In this document: positions 59,734 to 64,000 of the stretch, piece by piece
Layout of the letters: each line of letters opens with the position of its first letter
How positions within the stretch are numbered: the stretch's first letter is position 1
Assembly: GCA_020724885.1 (NCBI GenBank)
Contig: DYGD01000002.1
Coordinates: forward strand, 3,038 to 67,037
Length of the DNA: 64,000 nucleotides
Source: Candidatus Paceibacter sp.
Lineage (GTDB): Bacteria; Patescibacteriota; Minisyncoccia; Phycocordibacterales; BOKC01
Direction of reading: 5' to 3'
Notes under the pieces: generated by a model
What the model was told of the DNA's origin: nothing
The model's input: only the letters and a program-made list of their open reading frames with translations
Databases searched by the model: none
Made by a program: the position numbers and the translations under genes

Positions 59734-60423
59734 TTAAAGGATTCTTTCAACTATATTAAAGACCTTCTCGTTAATTTGCTCCGGCAACATACAGATCGGA
59801 CCTTTGCAGCAAGAGATTTTCTTCCAGTTTTTATTTATTTTTGCCAAATACAGGGCGCTGTTTCGGGAATCCTTGAGATGGAGCAAATTGTCTTCGGCAA
59901 CATCACGCTTGCCATTGAGATATTTCTTGCTTTTTTGGGCAACTTTTTTCTGAAGCCACATTTTGCTGACCTCAAACGGCACGTCAAGATAGATAACTAA
60001 ATCCGGCCTCGGAATTTCAAAAATCCCGTATTCCATTTTGTCCAACCATTCCAAAAATTTCTTTCTTTCAGTTGCGGACTTGATTTTCCCGCCCTGATGA
60101 ATTTGGTTAGCGCTGACATAACGATCGGAAATTACAATAAATCCAGCGTCAAGCCAGCTTCTAATTTGCCTGCTTGATTCAAAGCGGTCAGCCGCGTAAA
60201 GAACCGAAGCCACCCGCGGGTCGGTCTGAATAAAGTCGCCAAACTTACCACTTAAATAATTACCAATCAGCTCGCCGAAAAAGTTATCGTAGTAACGCGG
60301 AAAATCAATCGTTTTTACCTTGTATCCTTCTTTTTTAAGACGCTCGGCCAAAAGCGTAGTCTGAGTGGCCTTCCCCGAACCATCAATGCCGTCAATAACT
60401 ATGAGCTTCCCTTTCATTAGCAT
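59734..60423 (-). CDS. tmk: Thymidylate kinase
   Basis: DGIDGSGKATQ, LYAADR, SDRY and PDLVIYLDV motifs. Confidence 0.93.
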   Translation of the reverse strand: MLMKGKLIVIDGIDGSGKATQTTLLAERLKKEGYKVKTIDFPRYYDNFFGELIGNYLSGKFGDFIQTDPRVASVLYAADRFESSRQIRSWLDAGFIVISDRYVSANQIHQGGKIKSATERKKFLEWLDKMEYGIFEIPRPDLVIYLDVPFEVSKMWLQKKVAQKSKKYLNGKRDVAEDNLLHLKDSRNSALYLAKINKNWKKISCCKGPICMLPEQINEKVFNIVERIL

Positions 60424-60468
60424 AGATGATACCAGATGAATAATTAATTATGCTAAGATGTCCTGTAA

Positions 60469-61401
60469 ATGTTTGAAAATATCGCAAATATGAGGCCGGT
60501 TTCGGAAAGAAAAGCCGACATCCAATATCAGGGATTGTTGGAAGAAATTTTGAAAAAGGGCGTTAAATCCAAAAGCCAGCAAGGGGTGGACGCCTTGACA
60601 GTCATCGGTCCGAAAAATCTTCGCTTCAAGCTTGAAAACGGCTTTCCTATCATCAACGAGCGCAACATGGCTCCGAAAGAATCAGACCGCCTCCCGGTTA
60701 CAATCTGGAAGCAGGCAATCGGAGAAATTTTTGCTTTTGTAAACGGCGCCAGAACATTAGAGCAAATCCGTTCTTTTGGATGCAATTGGTGGGACCCTTG
60801 GGCGACAGAAGATAAATGTAGAAGCAGAGGCCTTGAAACCGGAGATTTAGGACCGGGTTCTTACGGTGCCGCCTTTCACGACTTTCCTACAACAGAGGGA
60901 GAATCATATAATCAATTTGGCGGAATTGTTCAGCAAATAAAAGAAAGACCTCACCTGCGAACTCATTTTATAACCCCTTGGGTACCACAATACACGGCGA
61001 GAATTGAAGGTAGACAGCAAAAAGTAACCATATGCCCATGCCACGGCTGGGTGCATATACGAGTTATAGACAACAAATTGACTTTGCATATGATACAGCG
61101 ATCTGCTGATGTGCCAGTGGGAGTTCCTTCAAATATGGTGCAATACGCGGCTCTCACAATGGCTATAGCGCACGTTACTGGCACGGTTCCCTATGAATTC
61201 GTGCACAGCTTTTCTGACGCTCACATTTATGTAAATCAGGTAGACGCAGTAAAAACCATGCTTGAAAGAGAACCTAAACCTTTGGCTACAATGAAAATTA
61301 ACACTAAAAAGAAAAGTTTATTTGATTTCAGAAAAGATGATTTTGAACTTTCGGACTACAATCCGCATCCGGGGATAAAGGCAATACCGGTGGCTATTTA
61401 A
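60469..61401 (+). CDS. thyA: Thymidylate synthase
   Basis: GDLGP..YG, PCH, QRSADVPVGVPSN, DAHIYVNQ and Y.PHP.IK...AI motifs. Confidence 0.95.
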   Translation: MFENIANMRPVSERKADIQYQGLLEEILKKGVKSKSQQGVDALTVIGPKNLRFKLENGFPIINERNMAPKESDRLPVTIWKQAIGEIFAFVNGARTLEQIRSFGCNWWDPWATEDKCRSRGLETGDLGPGSYGAAFHDFPTTEGESYNQFGGIVQQIKERPHLRTHFITPWVPQYTARIEGRQQKVTICPCHGWVHIRVIDNKLTLHMIQRSADVPVGVPSNMVQYAALTMAIAHVTGTVPYEFVHSFSDAHIYVNQVDAVKTMLEREPKPLATMKINTKKKSLFDFRKDDFELSDYNPHPGIKAIPVAI

Positions 61402-61407
61402 AATACT

Positions 61408-61917
61408 ATGGAGACAAAAAAACCCCGCATCAGTGTAGTGGTCGCCATTGGAAAAAATAACAGAGCCATAGGAAACAACAATAAGCTCCTTTGGCACATA
61501 CCAGAAGACCTAAAGCGCTTTAAAAGCATTACTTTGGGGCACCCGGTTATTATGGGCCGTAAAACTTTTGAATCAATTTTGGAAATTTTAGGCAAGCCCC
61601 TGCCGGGAAGAAAAAATATAGTCGTAACCAGACAAAAAGATTATGATGGTAGAGGCGCAGATGTAGTAAACTCTCTTGAAGAAGGAATAGCTCTGGCGAA
61701 AAAAGAAGAAAAAGAAGAAATATTTATAGGAGGGGGCCAGAAAATCTATGAAGAAGCTATGCCTCTAGTTGATAGAATTTATTTAACTGTAGTGGAATCA
61801 GAAAAAGAAGGAGACGCCTTTTTCCCAGAATATGAGCAGATATTCAAACGAGTTCTGGAAAGAGAAGAGGGGGGTTACAAAGGTCTGAAATATTTATGGC
61901 TAATTCTTGAAAGATGA
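61408..61917 (+). CDS. folA: Dihydrofolate reductase
   Basis: AIG.NNKLLW.IPEDLKRFK, VIMGRKTFES, PLPGR and IGGG motifs. Confidence 0.95.
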   Translation: METKKPRISVVVAIGKNNRAIGNNNKLLWHIPEDLKRFKSITLGHPVIMGRKTFESILEILGKPLPGRKNIVVTRQKDYDGRGADVVNSLEEGIALAKKEEKEEIFIGGGQKIYEEAMPLVDRIYLTVVESEKEGDAFFPEYEQIFKRVLEREEGGYKGLKYLWLILER

Positions 61918-62429
61918 CCAATAAAGATCCAAAAAACAGATTCATAAACATGGATCTCATAAGACGTGAAGACCAAAAAATGGTTATGGAAGAAATAAAA
62001 AAGCAGGGACACTGCCCTTTTTGCCGTGAAAATTTAGACAAGTACCACAAAAATCCTATTTTAAAAGAAGGGAAATTCTGGCTTTTAACTGAAAACCAGT
62101 GGCCTTACGAAAAAGTAAAGCATCAGCTTTTGGCAATTTACAAAACCCACATCGAGCATTTGGAAGAAATAGACCCTGAAGCAGGGAAAGAGCTTATAGA
62201 GCTTTTCGCCGAAGAGAGTAAAAAAAGAAATGTGGAAGGAGGGGGGATAGCAATGCGCTTTGGTTCATCAGAGCACGGAAATTACGGCTCATCCGTCTTG
62301 CACATACACGCGCATCTCATAGAACCGGATCTAGAAAATCTGGAAGAAACGGAGGCGTGGAGGTTTAAGTTCGGCCAGCCGAAAAATTACAGAAAAGGCG
62401 GTGTGGAAACAAAACCGCAAGATAATTGA
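61914..62429 (+). CDS. HIT-family nucleotide hydrolase
   Basis: CPFC, N.WPY and HIHAHL motifs. Confidence 0.85.
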   Translation: MTNKDPKNRFINMDLIRREDQKMVMEEIKKQGHCPFCRENLDKYHKNPILKEGKFWLLTENQWPYEKVKHQLLAIYKTHIEHLEEIDPEAGKELIELFAEESKKRNVEGGGIAMRFGSSEHGNYGSSVLHIHAHLIEPDLENLEETEAWRFKFGQPKNYRKGGVETKPQDN

Positions 62430-62485
62430 CTCGGCCTTAGAAAAAAGTAAAATATGCCGAGGTTCTTTCACTCACACTTAGCGCT

Positions 62486-63127
62486 TTGAGAGCGAGGAGG
62501 TGTTTTTTGACAAGTGTCCAAGAACTCCGACAAAAGTTCCGTGTGCCGGGAATAAATGACCCCGAAACGCTGGTCCATATCGCCAGATCTCGAAGATACA
62601 GCCAACACTGCAAGATGGTAGAAAACGCCCTCGCCGGCAAATGCCCCTTCTGCCAGATTGATCAAGAACACAACCAGGTAATCCTTGAAACCCAATTCTG
62701 GACTGCCGTCCACTGCAACCCGCCAGAAGATCACACCAGATTCCACGTGCTCTTCATACCCAAACGCCACATAACTAATTCAGAAGCTCTCAATGAAGAT
62801 GAGTGGATCGAGCTGCGCTCCATCCGCGAGCAAGTGCGACAGAGGTTGGATTACCAAAGCCGTGGCTTGTTCATACGGGACGGCGACGCTCGACGATCTG
62901 CCGGAACAATAGCACATCTACACATCCATGAAATAGTTCCCGACGGAACCGGCCGTGTGGAGTTAACCCTCTACAAGGGAGATGAGGACGAAATCAGGGG
63001 CCTTCAGAGAGCGATAGTCTACGAGAAGCTCCGCCAAGCGGGAATCCGCCCAGACGAATCTTCGGTTCTCGCCCGAAACGTTCTCTCGCCGGAGGAACAT
63101 GAGCTGGTAGCAGATCGCCTCGGGTGA
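62486..63127 (+). CDS. Second HIT-family protein (GC-richer; start uncertain)
   Basis: CPFC, HVLFIPKRH and HLHIHEIVP motifs. Confidence 0.8.
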   Translation: MRARRCFLTSVQELRQKFRVPGINDPETLVHIARSRRYSQHCKMVENALAGKCPFCQIDQEHNQVILETQFWTAVHCNPPEDHTRFHVLFIPKRHITNSEALNEDEWIELRSIREQVRQRLDYQSRGLFIRDGDARRSAGTIAHLHIHEIVPDGTGRVELTLYKGDEDEIRGLQRAIVYEKLRQAGIRPDESSVLARNVLSPEEHELVADRLG

Positions 63128-63153
63128 AAAGCGAAGACAGAGTGTTCAAGCCC

Positions 63154-63189
63154 AGCCCGGTTCGCAAAACGAGCCGGGCTTTTGTTTTT
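63154..63189 (+). terminator. Intrinsic terminator
   Basis: AGCCCGGTTCG-CAAAA-CGAGCCGGGCT-TTTGTTTTT. Confidence 0.7.
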
Positions 63190-64000
63190 ATCCAAAATCA
63201 ACAAAAATTATTTCTACCCCTTGGCTTTTGAGAATGCTCTCTTGATCCAAAACCGAATAGCCGCCGGAATAAAATAATTTTTTTATTCCCGAAAAAGCAA
63301 TTTGTTTCGCACATGGAGGACAAGGAAAAGTGGAGACATACATACTTGTACCTTCAAGAGAAATACCTTTCTTTGCCGCTTCTGCAATAAGACCGGCTTC
63401 TGAATGTAAAACGCTTGAATACTCAACCCCCACCCCCTTATGAAGAGTATTTCGAGGATCGCCATGCGCATAGGGTGTGTGCTCAGAAGGAACATGCTTG
63501 TTGTGGGTTATTAAAATTATCTTCCCATCTTTTACAACAGCCGCCCCTATTCTTCTCCACCAGTCAGAGCTTTTGTCCGCCTCTCTCTCTAGTTTTTCAA
63601 TAATTTTTTTATCAAATTCTTCTACGGAAATTTTTTGATCTGCTTCAACTGGTTTTTTTTCCATCACTTTATGCTTATCCCAACGGAGAAAAACATCATC
63701 AAAATCAACATTCTCTCCGACAAGGTTGTTGGTGGCGAAAGACCTTGAAACATCTTCTTCCGGCAATACGATTTTGAACCTTCTCCCCAAAATCCCTTTT
63801 AAAGACCCTGCTTTTAAGACGCGGACTTCATCAAAAATTTTCCAGCTCTCAATCGCTGTCTTTAGCAGGTCTGGCTGAATAGACCTGATTTCTTTGTCCA
63901 AATAGTCAGGCCAGCCCGCAATGTCAGAATCAATCAGAAACAAAATTCTTGCGTCCGCGTGCTTCCTGAAGAAACGATAATAACCTTCATGAAGCACCGG
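63188..64000 (-). CDS. dCMP deaminase-family protein with N-terminal extra domain (5' end outside window)
   Basis: IGAAVVKDG, HSE and TFPCPPCAK zinc-deaminase motifs. Confidence 0.88.
   Translation of the reverse strand, partial: PVLHEGYYRFFRKHADARILFLIDSDIAGWPDYLDKEIRSIQPDLLKTAIESWKIFDEVRVLKAGSLKGILGRRFKIVLPEEDVSRSFATNNLVGENVDFDDVFLRWDKHKVMEKKPVEADQKISVEEFDKKIIEKLEREADKSSDWWRRIGAAVVKDGKIILITHNKHVPSEHTPYAHGDPRNTLHKGVGVEYSSVLHSEAGLIAEAAKKGISLEGTSMYVSTFPCPPCAKQIAFSGIKKLFYSGGYSVLDQESILKSQGVEIIFVDFG

Overview
This is a chromosomal segment of a Candidate Phyla Radiation (Parcubacteria-like) bacterium using genetic code 11. It carries unlinked rRNA genes on the minus strand: a 23S-5S unit and, about 9.5 kb further on, the 16S, each with its own sigma70 promoter. 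Six group I introns interrupt them (S788, L1931, L2262, L2449, L2504, L2593), and four encode LAGLIDADG endonucleases. Housekeeping genes include secDF, rodA, rplJL, ftsK, recA, efp, rpsF-ssb-rpsR, tatD, metG, glyQS, recO, ileS, argS and a thymidylate-cycle cluster. The main finding is a dispersed diversity-generating retroelement (DGR). A 116-nt template repeat (49234-49349) and a variable repeat (49715-49830) differ at 19 positions, all template adenines. The DGR-type reverse transcriptase lies about 14 kb away, lacks its normal start, and there is no intact avd gene; the template repeat instead has a ~240-nt structured non-coding leader. Other notable signals are two Phycisphaerales-like sequence signatures (possible host clue), a 193-nt group I intron, a homing endonuclease whose stop codon lies in the rRNA exon, a REP-associated transposase, and many palindromic or short tandem inserts inside essential genes and rRNA. 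All family assignments are by motif recognition only; no database searches were run.
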